A stretch of 64,000 nucleotides of DNA. Origin: Alphaproteobacteria bacterium (GTDB taxonomy: Bacteria > Pseudomonadota > Alphaproteobacteria > UBA828). Of this stretch, positions 21,278-31,797 are shown in pieces (the first letter of the stretch is position 1; each line of letters opens with the position of its first letter). Under the pieces are notes generated by a model. That model was given only the letters and a program-made list of their open reading frames with translations. It made no database searches and was not told where the DNA came from. The DNA lies in contig CAXXMU010000005.1 in assembly GCA_963667785.2 (NCBI GenBank), positions 256,001 to 320,000 on the forward strand. Reading direction: 5' to 3'. Position numbers and translations under genes: made by a program.

Positions 21278-21985
21278 GTGGCCGGTGCCGGGCGGCAGCA
21301 GACCTTCGACTGGGGCGTCCGCCCCGCCCTCGGACGCGAGGACTTTCTGGTCGCACCCTGCAACGAGGCGGCGGTTGCGTGGATCGACCGCTGGCCGGAC
21401 TGGCCGGGGCCGGCGCTGGTGATCCACGGCCCGCCCGGTGCCGGCAAGAGCCATCTGGCCGAGGTGTGGCGGCGGCGGAGCGATGCGGCGCTCGTCCCTG
21501 CGGCGGACCTCGCCGGGGCGGCGAGCGCGCACGCGCGGGAGGCGGGCGCGCTGGTCGTCGACGGACTCGGGGGGCCGATCGCAGAGCGTGCCCTGCTGCA
21601 CCTCTACAACCGCATCGCCGAGCGCGGCGGGCACCTGCTGCTCACCGCGGCGGGGCCGCCGGCGCATTGGCTGCTCGCGCTCCCCGATCTCGTCTCCAGG
21701 CTCCGGCTCGCGCCGGCGGCGGCGCTCGGCATGCCGGACGATGCGCTGCTCGGCGCGCTCATGGTCAAGCTCTTCGCCGACCGGCAGGTCGCGGTCGCGC
21801 CCGAGGTGCCGGCCTATCTCGTGCCGCGCGTCGAGCGCACCTTCGCGGCCGTCGCCAGCCTGGTCGAGCGACTCGACCGGGCAGCCCTTGCCGAAGGCAG
21901 GCCGGTCACGGTGCCGCTCGCTCGTGCGGTGCTCGCTGCGGGCGGGGAGCGAGCGGCCACGCCCGACGCGGTGCCCCGCGCCTGA
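21278..21985 (+). CDS. hdaA: DnaA regulatory inactivator HdaA
   Basis: QQTFDW clamp motif, GREDFLV, GPPGAGKSHL, LPDLVSRL, KLFADRQ. Confidence 0.88.
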   Translation: MAGAGRQQTFDWGVRPALGREDFLVAPCNEAAVAWIDRWPDWPGPALVIHGPPGAGKSHLAEVWRRRSDAALVPAADLAGAASAHAREAGALVVDGLGGPIAERALLHLYNRIAERGGHLLLTAAGPPAHWLLALPDLVSRLRLAPAAALGMPDDALLGALMVKLFADRQVAVAPEVPAYLVPRVERTFAAVASLVERLDRAALAEGRPVTVPLARAVLAAGGERAATPDAVPRA

Positions 21986-22084
21986 GTCCGGTGCGGCAGC
22001 GTGCCGCAACCCTCCGCCCCGCGGGGCCGGCTTTGTCTTGCCGCGCCAATGCCCATATTGTAGGCGGGAGCTAGGGGTAGCGGC

Positions 22085-24247
22085 ATGGCCAGGGCCAAGC
22101 GGGCCGTCGAAGCAGGCAGCTTCGCGCCGGCCGACAAGTTCATCAATCGCGAGCTGAGCTGGCTCGCCTTCAACGCGCGGGTGATGGAGGAGGCCGAGAA
22201 CCTCGACCACCCGGTGCTGGAGCGCCTGCGCTTCCTCTCGATCTCGGCCTCGAACCTCGACGAGTTCTACATGGTCCGCGTCGCCGGCCTGCACGGCCAG
22301 GTGGAGGCGGGCATCGTCGAATCCTCGCAGGACGGGCTCAGCCCCATTGCCCAGATCCGCGCCGTCAACGCGCGCGCCAACGCGCTCATGGCGCAGCAGC
22401 AGGAGCGCTGGCTGGCCCTGCGCGCCGAGCTCGCCGAGGCGGGCATCGCCATCCTCTACCGCAATCACCTCACGCCGGACGAGCGCGACTGGCTCGACCG
22501 CTACTTCATCGACCGCCTCTTCCCGGTGCTGACGCCGCTCGCGATAGACCCGGCCCATCCCTTCCCGTTCATTCCCAATCTCGGCTTCAGCCTCGCGCTC
22601 GAGCTGGTCGAGCAGGGGACGCAGCGCCTGGTCCCCTCGCTGGTGCGCGTGCCCAGCCAGGTGGAGCGCTTCATCCGCCTGCCCGGGGGCGAACGCGGCG
22701 CGGTTCGCTATATCGCGCTGGAGGACGTGGTGGAGCTTTACCTCGACCGGCTGTTCCCCGGCTTCAAGCCGCGCGCGGTGGGCCAGTTCCGCATCGTCCG
22801 CGACAGCGACATCGAGCTGGAGGAGGAAGCGGAGGATCTGGTGCGCTCGTTCGAGAGCGCGCTCAAGCGCCGCCGGCGCGGCAGCGTCATCCGGCTCGAG
22901 GTGGACTCCACGATGCCCCTGAGCATGCTGGAGTTCCTCACCGACCAGCTTCACGTCGACCAGCGCGACGTGGTCAAGGTCGAGGGGATTCTCGGGCTCG
23001 CGGACACGGCCATGCTCATCAAGAGCGGCCGGGCCGACCTCGAGTTCTCGCCTTACCGCGCGCGCTTCCCCGAGCGGATCCGCGACTTCGGCGGCGACTG
23101 CTTCGCCGCGATCAAGGCGAAGGACATCGTCGTCCATCACCCCTACGAGAGCTTCGACGTCGTGGTCCAGTTCCTGCGCCAGGCGGCGCGGGATCCGGAC
23201 GTGATCGCCATCAAGCAGACGCTCTATCGCACCAGCAACGATTCGCCGATCATCAACGCGCTGATCGAGGCGGCGGAGGCGGGCAAGTCTGTCACCGCCC
23301 TGGTCGAGCTCAAGGCGCGCTTCGACGAGGCGGCGAACATCCGCTGGGCGCGGGACCTGGAGCGCGCCGGCGCCCAGGTGGTCTACGGCTTCATGGACCT
23401 CAAGACGCACGCCAAGGCGTCGCTGGTGGCGCGCCGCGAGGCCGACGGCCTGCGCAGCTACGTGCACTACGGCACCGGCAACTATCACCCGATCACCGCG
23501 GCGATCTATACCGATCTCTCGTTCTTCACCTGCGAGCCCGCGCTCTGCCGCGATGCGGCGCTGCTCTTCAACTATCTGACCGGTGGCGCTGCGCCCGAGC
23601 GCTACGAGAAGATCGCGGTGGCGCCACTCGGCCTGCGGAGCGCCATCGACGACCTGATCGAGGAGGAGATCGCTCACGCCCGCGCCGGCCGGCCGGCGGC
23701 GATCTGGGTGAAGCTCAACTCGCTGGTCGATCCCGACGTGATCGAGGCGCTCTACGCCGCGTCCGCCGCAGGCGTCTCTATCGATCTGGTGGTACGCGGC
23801 ATCTGCTGCCTCAGGCCCGGCGTGCCGGGCCTCTCGGAGAACATCCGGGTGAAGAGCATCGTCGGGCGCTTCCTCGAGCATTCCCGGATCATGTGCTTCG
23901 GTGCGGGCCACGGCCTGCCCTCGCCGCAGGCCAGGGTGTTCATCTCGTCGGCCGACTGGATGAGCCGCAACCTCGACCGGCGGGTCGAGATGATGGTGCC
24001 GATCGAGAACCCGACGGTGCACGAGCAGATCCTGGAGCAGATCATGACGGCGAACCTCCGGGACAACGAGCAGAGCTGGACGCTCGATCCCGACGGCGCC
24101 TTCTCGCGCCTCGCCCCGGACGGCGAGCCCTTCAACGCCCACCGCTTCTTCATGACCAATCCGTCGCTCTCGGGCCGCGGCACGGCGCGGCGCGAGCCCC
24201 GGCTGGCCGTGGCGGCCGATGCCGGCGACGAGCCGCGCGACGGGTGA
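22085..24247 (+). CDS. ppk1: polyphosphate kinase 1
   Basis: [45 protein letters not shown]. Confidence 0.97.
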   Translation: MARAKRAVEAGSFAPADKFINRELSWLAFNARVMEEAENLDHPVLERLRFLSISASNLDEFYMVRVAGLHGQVEAGIVESSQDGLSPIAQIRAVNARANALMAQQQERWLALRAELAEAGIAILYRNHLTPDERDWLDRYFIDRLFPVLTPLAIDPAHPFPFIPNLGFSLALELVEQGTQRLVPSLVRVPSQVERFIRLPGGERGAVRYIALEDVVELYLDRLFPGFKPRAVGQFRIVRDSDIELEEEAEDLVRSFESALKRRRRGSVIRLEVDSTMPLSMLEFLTDQLHVDQRDVVKVEGILGLADTAMLIKSGRADLEFSPYRARFPERIRDFGGDCFAAIKAKDIVVHHPYESFDVVVQFLRQAARDPDVIAIKQTLYRTSNDSPIINALIEAAEAGKSVTALVELKARFDEAANIRWARDLERAGAQVVYGFMDLKTHAKASLVARREADGLRSYVHYGTGNYHPITAAIYTDLSFFTCEPALCRDAALLFNYLTGGAAPERYEKIAVAPLGLRSAIDDLIEEEIAHARAGRPAAIWVKLNSLVDPDVIEALYAASAAGVSIDLVVRGICCLRPGVPGLSENIRVKSIVGRFLEHSRIMCFGAGHGLPSPQARVFISSADWMSRNLDRRVEMMVPIENPTVHEQILEQIMTANLRDNEQSWTLDPDGAFSRLAPDGEPFNAHRFFMTNPSLSGRGTARREPRLAVAADAGDEPRDG

Positions 24248-25797
24248 CGCAACAGCCCTCGGCCACAGGGCTCGCGGCCGACGCGGCAGCGCTGGCGGAG
24301 ACCGCGCCGCTCTTCCCGGCGCCGGCGCCGGCCCCGGCGGAGACGCCCTACGGCGTTCTCGACGTGGGCTCCAACTCGATCCGCCTCGTGGTGTTCGAGG
24401 GGCTCCGGCGGGCGCCGGCGCCCGTCTTCAACGAGCGCGAGCTGTGCGGCCTCGGCGCCACCCTGGCGGAGACGGGCGCGCTCGCGCCGGACGCGGTGGA
24501 GCCTGCGCTCGATGCGATGCGCCGCTTCGCCGCGGTTGCGGCGGCACTCGGCATTGGGCCACTCGACGCCGTGACCACCGCGGCGGTGCGCGATGCGCGG
24601 GACGGCGCGCGCTTCCGCCAGGCGGTGGCCCGCGAAACCGGCTTCTCCCTCAGGGTCCTTTCGGGCGAAGAGGAAGCTCGCTATGCGGCGCTCGGCGTGG
24701 TCTCCGCCTTCCCCGGCGCGAGCGGGCTGATGGCGGACCTCGGCGGCGGCAGCCTGGAGCTCGTCCGCCTCGACGAGGGACGGCTCGCCGAGCACGCGAC
24801 GCTGCCGCTCGGCGTGCTCCGCCTCGGCAATCTCGCGCCGGGCCGGCGCACCGCGCTTGCGGCGGGAAGGCTCGGCACGCTCTCCTGGCTGGACAAGGTC
24901 CACGGCGCGCCGGTCTATCTCGTCGGCGGGGCGTGGCGGGCGCTGGCCCGCATCCACATGGCCGCCCGGCAACACCCCATCGCGGTGGTCCATCACTATC
25001 GCATGACCGCGAACGAGGCGCGCCAGACGGCCAAGGCCTATGCCACCGCCGATCCGCGCACGCTGCGGCCGGGACCGGAGGGCATGTGGCCCAGTCGGCT
25101 TGCGACCGTGCCGAGCGGCGCCGCCGTTCTCCGGGCCCTGCTGAAGGCCGCAGCGCCGAGCGAGGTGCTGTTCTCCGCCTTCGGGCTGCGCGAGGGCCTC
25201 CTCTTCGACAGGCTGCCGGAGGCGGTCCGCGCGCTCGACCCGCTGCACGACGCCTGCCGGGCGATCGCCCGGCGCGAGGGCCGGTCGCTCGCCTATGCCG
25301 AGGCGCTGGACTCGTGGCTCGCGCGGGCGGCGCTGCCGGCCTTCGCGCCGCACCGGGAGCTGCTGCCGGCGGCGGCGTTCCTTTCCGAGATCGCCTGGCG
25401 CCAGCACCCGGACCTGCGCGCGGCCGATGCGTTCACGCGGATCTCGCGGGCGCCCTTCGTCGGCATCGACCATCCGGGCCGTGTGTTCCTCGCCCTTGCC
25501 GTCGCCACCCGCTACAAGTCGGCGCTGCCGGCCGAAGCCGACCAGGCGGCCAACCGCCTTCTGCCCGCGGAGGTGCAGGGCGCGGCCCGCGCGCTCGGGC
25601 TCGCGCTCAGGCTGGCCGAGAAGCTCTCCTGCGGGGAGCGCGCGGTGCTCGAGGGCTCGCAGCTCTCGGCCGAGGGCGACAGGCTCACGCTCAGGCTCGC
25701 AGCGGCGCACGAGCCGCTCGCATCGGGCAAGGCGCGCTCCGCGGCGGATGCTCTGGCGCGGTCGATCGACTGCACGCTGGTGCTGGAGACCGGCTAG
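24244..25797 (+). CDS. ppx: exopolyphosphatase Ppx/GppA
   Basis: [40 protein letters not shown]. Confidence 0.92.
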   Translation: MTQQPSATGLAADAAALAETAPLFPAPAPAPAETPYGVLDVGSNSIRLVVFEGLRRAPAPVFNERELCGLGATLAETGALAPDAVEPALDAMRRFAAVAAALGIGPLDAVTTAAVRDARDGARFRQAVARETGFSLRVLSGEEEARYAALGVVSAFPGASGLMADLGGGSLELVRLDEGRLAEHATLPLGVLRLGNLAPGRRTALAAGRLGTLSWLDKVHGAPVYLVGGAWRALARIHMAARQHPIAVVHHYRMTANEARQTAKAYATADPRTLRPGPEGMWPSRLATVPSGAAVLRALLKAAAPSEVLFSAFGLREGLLFDRLPEAVRALDPLHDACRAIARREGRSLAYAEALDSWLARAALPAFAPHRELLPAAAFLSEIAWRQHPDLRAADAFTRISRAPFVGIDHPGRVFLALAVATRYKSALPAEADQAANRLLPAEVQGAARALGLALRLAEKLSCGERAVLEGSQLSAEGDRLTLRLAAAHEPLASGKARSAADALARSIDCTLVLETG

Positions 25798-25853
25798 TAG
25801 GGAAACCGCGGCGGTGGCCTTGCGCGCGTTCGCGCGCTATGAGTGGCGCTCGT

Positions 25854-25938
25854 GCGGGCGTGGCGGAAGCGGTAGACGCGCGGGTCTCAAAAACCCGTTC
25901 CTTCGGGAGTGTGAGTTCGAGTCTCACCGCCCGCACCA
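25854..25938 (+). tRNA. tRNA-Leu(CAA)
   Basis: GCGGGCGTGGCGGAA..GGTAGACGCG CGGGT CTCAAAA ACCCG, long variable arm, GTTCGAGTC..CGCCCGCACCA. Confidence 0.96.
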
Positions 25939-26015
25939 GCGCGCAAGCGTCTCCCCGTCTCCCCGTCTCCGCCCCTGCCGCTGCCCCAGCGCTGCCGCAT
26001 GCCAAGGAGAGGTCG

Positions 26016-26963
26016 ATGACCGTCCCTGCAACCCTCGATACGGTCGCCGTCGTCGGCAACGGCCGCGTCGGCCACGGAATGGCCCAGATCTTCGCGTCCG
26101 CCGGCCACCGGGTCGTCATGATCGGCCGGCGCGAGGAGAGCCTCGCCGCGGCGATGGAGAGGATCGCGACGAGCCTCGCCGCCTTCGAGGCGCACGGCCT
26201 CCTCACGGCACGCGACGCGAGCGCCGCCCTGGGGCGCATCCGCGCCTCGACCGAGCTCGAGGACGCGGCGGAGGCGCAGCTCGTCCTCGAGGCGGTTCCG
26301 GCGGATCGCGCCGTCCAGGACGAGGTCTACGGGCGACTGGACGAGATCTGCGCGCCGCCCGCCGTCTTCGCCTCGGGCAGCGGGCAGCCCGCCAGCGAGC
26401 TCGTGTCCAACGTCACCCACCGGGGGCGCGTGGTCGCCGCCCACTTCTGGTACCCGCCGCAGCTCATTCCCCTCGTCGAGGTCTGCGCCGGACCGGAGAG
26501 CGACCCGGACGTGGCGCCGTGGCTCTGCGACGTGCTGCGGGCGGCCGGAAAGGAGCCGGTGATCGTCGACAAGGAGGTTCCGGGCTTCATCGGCAACCGG
26601 CTTCAGTACGCGATCCTGCGTGAGGCGTGGGCGCTGTGGGCGGAGGGAGCGGCGTCGGCCGAGGCGATCGACACGGTGGCGAAGGCCTCCATCGGGCGGC
26701 GCCTCGCGATCACCGGACCCATCGAGTCGGCCGACATCGGCGGCCTCGATACGCTGCACGCGTTCGGCGCGTACCTGATCCCGCACCTGACGACGGACTC
26801 CCGGCCCGCGTCGGCGGTCGGCGCGCTGGTCGAGGCGGGGCACTGCGGCCTGCCGTCAGGCCGGGGGGTGTATGACTGGAGCGCGCGTGACGGCGCTGCG
26901 CTGCTCGCGGCGCGCGAAGAGGAGCTGTTCCGCCATCTCGCCAGGGACAAGACTGGGCTCTGA
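26016..26963 (+). CDS. 3-hydroxyacyl-CoA dehydrogenase family protein
   Basis: VVGNGRVGHGMA Rossmann motif, AHFWYPPQLIPLVEV, PGFIGNRLQ. Confidence 0.88.
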   Translation: MTVPATLDTVAVVGNGRVGHGMAQIFASAGHRVVMIGRREESLAAAMERIATSLAAFEAHGLLTARDASAALGRIRASTELEDAAEAQLVLEAVPADRAVQDEVYGRLDEICAPPAVFASGSGQPASELVSNVTHRGRVVAAHFWYPPQLIPLVEVCAGPESDPDVAPWLCDVLRAAGKEPVIVDKEVPGFIGNRLQYAILREAWALWAEGAASAEAIDTVAKASIGRRLAITGPIESADIGGLDTLHAFGAYLIPHLTTDSRPASAVGALVEAGHCGLPSGRGVYDWSARDGAALLAAREEELFRHLARDKTGL

Positions 26964-26999
26964 CCGCCGCCCGCCGCCAATTCGATCCGGTCGGAGGGT

Positions 27000-27794
27000 T
27001 CAGGCGATCGTGTCGAGAAAGTCCACGACCGTGGCGGCCAGCGCGTCGCCGCGCGTCTCCGGCAGCATGTGGCCGCCGCCGTCCAGCGCGCGATGGACCG
27101 CACCGGGGATCAGCGCCGCGAGCGCCGCGCCGAACCAGGGCGGCATCAACTGGTCGTCGGCCGCGGTCACGATCAGGACGGGGCAGGTCAGGCCCGGCGC
27201 CAGCGGGCGCGCGTCGAACGCCAGGATCGCCTCCAGCCTCTCCTTGATCTGCTCGGCATCCTGCGGCGCGGCGTTCCTGGCCAGCGTCTCGAATGCGTCC
27301 GCGTGTGCGCGGCGGTAGTCGGGCGGGAACAGCAGGCTGGCGTTGAACCGGGCGTAGCTGTACGGATCGAGCGCCCGCGCGGCGGCCACGCGCAGGCGCT
27401 GCATCGCCGTCAGATACGCGTCGCCGTGGCTCCACGGATTGGCCAGAACCAGCCCGGCGACCCGGTCCGGGCAGACCGCCGACAGCGACAGGCCGATGCC
27501 GCAGCCGGTGGAGTGGCAGAAGAGGTGCGCCCTCTCGATCTCCAGCGCGTCGAGGAGCTCCCCGAGCTCCGCCGCGCGGCCGGCCACGGTCGTGCCCCCG
27601 GGCACGGCCGCAGGCGCGCTTCGGCCGGTGCCGCGCTGGTCGTAGCGGACCACACGGAAGCGCTCCGCCAACCGCTCGTGGAACGGGCGCACGCCGCGCG
27701 GCCCGACGCTCAGCGGCAGCAGCAGCGCCAGCGCCGCGCCGCCGCCGCTCACCTCGTAGTGGATGTCGCCGCCTTCGATCCGCGCCAGGGGCAT
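27000..27794 (-). CDS. alpha/beta hydrolase, RutD-like
   Basis: YDQRGTGRS, nucleophile elbow CHSTG, GGGH catalytic His. Confidence 0.75.
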   Translation of the reverse strand: MPLARIEGGDIHYEVSGGGAALALLLPLSVGPRGVRPFHERLAERFRVVRYDQRGTGRSAPAAVPGGTTVAGRAAELGELLDALEIERAHLFCHSTGCGIGLSLSAVCPDRVAGLVLANPWSHGDAYLTAMQRLRVAAARALDPYSYARFNASLLFPPDYRRAHADAFETLARNAAPQDAEQIKERLEAILAFDARPLAPGLTCPVLIVTAADDQLMPPWFGAALAALIPGAVHRALDGGGHMLPETRGDALAATVVDFLDTIA

Positions 27795-27904
27795 GTGCGG
27801 GACGTCCGTGGTCCGTGGTCCACGACAGGGGGGTGGCCGGTTCCGGGCGATCCCGCTCCCGCTCGACGCTGCCCGAGCGCTCTGCGGCGACGGCCCGCCT
27901 TGCC

Positions 27905-28744
27905 CTACGCGGGCGCGCCTGCGACGGGGAGCGTCGGGATGCGGTTCACGTCCTTGTAGAGCAGGTAGCGGAAGGGCCCGGGTCCGCCGGCGTAGCAGGC
28001 CTGCGGACAGAAGGCGCGCAGCCACATGTAATCGCCCGCCTCGACCTCCACCCAGTCCTGGTTGAGCCGGTAGACCGCCTTGCCCTCGAGCACGTAGAGC
28101 CCGTGCTCCATGACATGGGTCTCGGCGAAGGGAATGGACCCGCCTGGCTGGAAGGTCACGATGTTCACGTGCATGTCGTGGCGCATGTCGCCCGAGTCCA
28201 CGAAACGCGTCGTCGCCCAGGCGCCGTCCGTGTCCGGCATCGGCACCGGCGCGACGTCATGGTCGGAGGTCACGAAGCACTCGGGCCTGTCGACACCCTC
28301 CAGCGGCTGATACGCCTTCCGGATCCAGTGGAAGCAGGCGGGCGCGCTGCCCGCGTTCGCGACCGTCCAGCGCGTGGCCGGCGCGACGTAGGCATAGCCG
28401 CCGGGCGAGAGCGTGTGTTCGGCATTGTCGAGCGAGAGCCGCACCTCGCCGGCCATGACGAACAGCACGCATTCGACGTGCGCGCCGGGCTCCGGCCGCT
28501 CGCTGCCGCCACCCGGCTCGAGCTCGACGATCGACTGGGAAAAGGTCGTCGCGAAGCCGGCGACGGGGCGCGACAGCACCCAGGCGCGCGTGCCCTGCCA
28601 GTGCGGGAAGTAGCTGGTGACGATGTCGCGCAGCACGCCGCGCGGAATGACCGTGTAGGCCTCGGTAATCACGGCGCGGTCGGTCAGGAGCGCCTGCTGC
28701 GGCGGCAGGCCGGCCACCGGCGTGAAGTAGCTGCGCGCGCTCAT
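27905..28744 (-). CDS. allE: (S)-ureidoglycine aminohydrolase (bicupin)
   Basis: TEAYTVIPRGVLRDIVTS, HDMHVNIVTF, ETHVMEHGLY, YLLYKDVNR. Confidence 0.92.
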   Translation of the reverse strand: MSARSYFTPVAGLPPQQALLTDRAVITEAYTVIPRGVLRDIVTSYFPHWQGTRAWVLSRPVAGFATTFSQSIVELEPGGGSERPEPGAHVECVLFVMAGEVRLSLDNAEHTLSPGGYAYVAPATRWTVANAGSAPACFHWIRKAYQPLEGVDRPECFVTSDHDVAPVPMPDTDGAWATTRFVDSGDMRHDMHVNIVTFQPGGSIPFAETHVMEHGLYVLEGKAVYRLNQDWVEVEAGDYMWLRAFCPQACYAGGPGPFRYLLYKDVNRIPTLPVAGAPA

Positions 28745-29090
28745 CGCTCGGCCACGCCTTGCCGAATGCTCATCGCGCACGTTCCTCCTTCGACCTTGTC
28801 GCGCCGCACCCGGCCGCCCGGCGCGGAGACCGCTCCCCGCACCCCCGGGCCGCGCGCCGGAGAGCGGCACTGTAGCCGCTTGCGGGAAGGACTCCCAATA
28901 GAGTTGTCTTCGGTCTCCCGTCGGGGATCGGCCGGCTGCGGAAGGCCCTCCCTGGTTTGCGCGGGCACCGGATTCCAGTAGGGTGCCAGGCAAACCGGCA
29001 CGAACCGGCCGCGAACCGCGCCTCTCGCCTGCCTTCTGAACCGGCAGGGGACGTGCGCTTCGCAAACCGACATGGAGGAGGTCGTAGCCC

Positions 29091-30098
29091 ATGTACAAGT
29101 TCGCTCTCGCAATGCTGGTCGCCGCCGTGGCGTGGGCAGGGTCCGCCAGCGCCCAGGAGGTCACGCCGTTCGCGCTCGACTGGAAGTTCGAAGGTCCGTC
29201 CGCGCCCTACTTCGCGGCCATCGACAACGGCCATTTCGAGGCCGCCGGCCTCAGCGTCGAGATCTCCGCCGGCCAGGGCTCCCTGGATGCCATTCCCAAG
29301 GTGGCCACCGGCGCCTTCCCGATCGGCTTCGCGGACATCAACTCCCTGGTCAAGTTCCTGGACCAGAATCCCGGCGCGCCGGTCATCGCCGTCATGATGA
29401 TCTACGACAAGCCGCCGTTCGCGGTCGTCGGCCGCAAGAGCCTCGGCGTCATGGTGCCGAAGGATCTCGAGGGGCGGGTGCTCGGCGCGCCGCCGCCTGA
29501 CGGTGCCTGGGCCCAGTTCCCGGCCTTCGCCACCGCCAACGACCTCGACGTCGGCAAGATCACCGTCGAGCCCGTCGGCTTCCCGACCCGCGAGCCGATG
29601 CTGGCGGAGGGCAACGTGGATGCCGTCACGGGCTATTCCTTCTCGTCCTTCCTCAACCTCGTCCGCCTCGGCGTACCGGAGGACGACATCTCGACCATCC
29701 TGATGGCGGATCACGGTCTCGCGCTCTACGGCAACGCCGTCATCGTGAACACCGACTATGCGGCCGCCAACGGGGACAAGGTCACGGGCTTCATCGCCGC
29801 GGTGGCGAAGGGGTGGAAGGACGCCATCGCCGATCCGGCGAAGGCCGTCGAATCGCTGGTGAAGCGGAACCCCGCCGCCGATGCGGCGCTCGAGACCCGT
29901 CGGCTTCAGCTTTCCATCGACGCCAACGTGCTCACGGACTACACCAGCGCCAACGGTATCGGCGGCATCGATTCCGCGCGCATGGAAAAGGCGCTGATGC
30001 AGCTCGCCGAGACCTACGAGTTCCAGAACGCGCCCGACGCATCGCTCTATTTCACGGACGCCTATCTGCCTGCGGCCGAGATGAGGATGCTCCAGTAG
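29091..30098 (+). CDS. ABC transporter substrate-binding protein, NMT1/THI5 family (purine/pyrimidine)
   Basis: Signal peptide, FALDWKFEGPSAPYF, GFPTREPML, LYGNAVIVN. Confidence 0.9.
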   Translation: MYKFALAMLVAAVAWAGSASAQEVTPFALDWKFEGPSAPYFAAIDNGHFEAAGLSVEISAGQGSLDAIPKVATGAFPIGFADINSLVKFLDQNPGAPVIAVMMIYDKPPFAVVGRKSLGVMVPKDLEGRVLGAPPPDGAWAQFPAFATANDLDVGKITVEPVGFPTREPMLAEGNVDAVTGYSFSSFLNLVRLGVPEDDISTILMADHGLALYGNAVIVNTDYAAANGDKVTGFIAAVAKGWKDAIADPAKAVESLVKRNPAADAALETRRLQLSIDANVLTDYTSANGIGGIDSARMEKALMQLAETYEFQNAPDASLYFTDAYLPAAEMRMLQ

Positions 30099-30213
30099 CC
30101 CGACCGCGGCAGCGTATGCCGCATGCTCCGGCCGGGGAGGCGGACCGGGTGGGACGAGCCTCTCCGGCCGGCGTCCAGACGCAGGGCGTCGGCCACTCAG
30201 CGGGCGGCCTCGC

Positions 30214-31008
30214 ATGGATGCCCTGATCGACATCAGGGACGTCAAGCTCAGCTATGAGACCGAGGGGGGGCGGCTGCCCGTCCTCGCCGGCGTCGACTTG
30301 CGGGTTCCCGAGGGGGGCTTCGTGGCCGTGGTCGGCCCGTCGGGCTGCGGCAAGTCGACCCTCACGCGCCTGATCGCCGGCCTGCTGGCGCCGGATGCGG
30401 GCGAAGTCTGGCTGCACGGGCAGCAGGTGACGGGCCCGAAGTCCTCGGTCGGCATGGCGTTCCAGAACCCGGTCCTGCTCGAATGGCGTTCCGTGCTGCG
30501 GAACGTGACGCTGCCGCTCGAGCTGGTGGCGCCTCGCATGCCGAAGCGGGAGAAGGAGGCGCGCGCGCGGCACCTGCTGACCCTGGTCGGCCTCGAGGGA
30601 TTCGAGGACAAGCGGCCGAGCGAGCTTTCCGGCGGCATGCGTCAGCGCGCGTCCCTCTGCCGCTCGATCGTGCACAAGCCGGAAGTGCTGATCCTCGACG
30701 AGCCGTTCGGGGCGCTGGATGCGTTCACGCGCGAGGACCTCTGGCAGACGATGCAGAAGGTGAAGTCGGAGGAGCCCTTCACCGGCGTGATGATCACGCA
30801 CGATCTGCGGGAATCGATCTTCCTGGCGGATCAGGTGATCGTGCTCTCCGGCCGTCCGGCGTTCACGCAATACACGATGCAGGTCCCGTGGCAGGGCGAG
30901 CGGGATCTCGACCTCCTCTACACCCCCGAGGGGGCGGACATGCTGGGGGAGCTTCGGCACCAGATACAGATCGCGCAGGGCAGGGCCCCGCAGGAGGCGG
31001 CCCAATGA
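30214..31008 (+). CDS. ABC transporter ATP-binding protein
   Basis: [26 protein letters not shown]. Confidence 0.95.
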   Translation: MDALIDIRDVKLSYETEGGRLPVLAGVDLRVPEGGFVAVVGPSGCGKSTLTRLIAGLLAPDAGEVWLHGQQVTGPKSSVGMAFQNPVLLEWRSVLRNVTLPLELVAPRMPKREKEARARHLLTLVGLEGFEDKRPSELSGGMRQRASLCRSIVHKPEVLILDEPFGALDAFTREDLWQTMQKVKSEEPFTGVMITHDLRESIFLADQVIVLSGRPAFTQYTMQVPWQGERDLDLLYTPEGADMLGELRHQIQIAQGRAPQEAAQ

Positions 31009-31763
31009 GCTGGCGCATCCTTGCGCCGGTGTTCGCGCTCGTCGTGGTTGGCCTGCTCTGGGAGGCCGTGGTCTGGGTGAACGACTGGCCGAACTACAAG
31101 ATGGCCTCGCCCTCGGACCTCGGACCCGCCTTCTGGAAGTTCCGCTGGCTGTTCCTCGAGTACGGGTGGGACACCCTCTGGCGAACGGTGGCGGGGCTTC
31201 TCGTCTCCGTGTTCGCCGGCGTGCTTCTCGGCATGATCATGGGACTGAACCGGACCATGCGGAACGCGCTCTACCCGCTGCTGGTCGGCTTCAACGCCAT
31301 ACCCAAGGCGACCGTGGTCCCCATCATCGCGCTGCTGTTCGTCGGCGCGCACGACATGAACACGATCCTGATCGCGTTCCTCATCTCCTTCTTCCCGATC
31401 GCCGTCTCCGTCTCGATCGGCCTCTCCACGCTGGAGCCCGAATACCGCGACATCCTCGCCTCGCTCGGCGCCTCCCGCTTCACGATCTTCTGGAAGATCG
31501 CGCTTCCGAAGACGCTGCCGGAGTTCTTCGGGGCCCTCAAGGTCGCGGTCACGCTCGCCTTCATCGGCACGAACCTGATGGAGATCGTGGAGCCGCACGG
31601 GCGCGGGCTCGGCCATCTCTTCGACAGCGGCAAGATCAGCGCGGACTATCCCCTGATGTTCGCCGTGCTCATCGCGCTCGCGGCGCTCGGCATCATGCTC
31701 TTCTACGTTGTCGTGGTGCTGGAGCGCATCTTCGCCGGCTGGGCCGAGCGCTCACCGACGTAA
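31005..31763 (+). CDS. ABC transporter permease
   Basis: Multiple TM helices, SLGASRFTIFWKIALP loop; ATGA overlap with the ATPase gene. Confidence 0.92.
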   Translation: MSWRILAPVFALVVVGLLWEAVVWVNDWPNYKMASPSDLGPAFWKFRWLFLEYGWDTLWRTVAGLLVSVFAGVLLGMIMGLNRTMRNALYPLLVGFNAIPKATVVPIIALLFVGAHDMNTILIAFLISFFPIAVSVSIGLSTLEPEYRDILASLGASRFTIFWKIALPKTLPEFFGALKVAVTLAFIGTNLMEIVEPHGRGLGHLFDSGKISADYPLMFAVLIALAALGIMLFYVVVVLERIFAGWAERSPT

Positions 31764-31797
31764 CGCGCCTCGACATTCGCCGGCCCCGCCCGGCGTT

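Noticed and set aside
30127-30172. GC-rich hairpin between the NMT1 binding protein and ATPase genes
   Set aside because: Common mRNA-stabilising stem after SBP genes; not novel.
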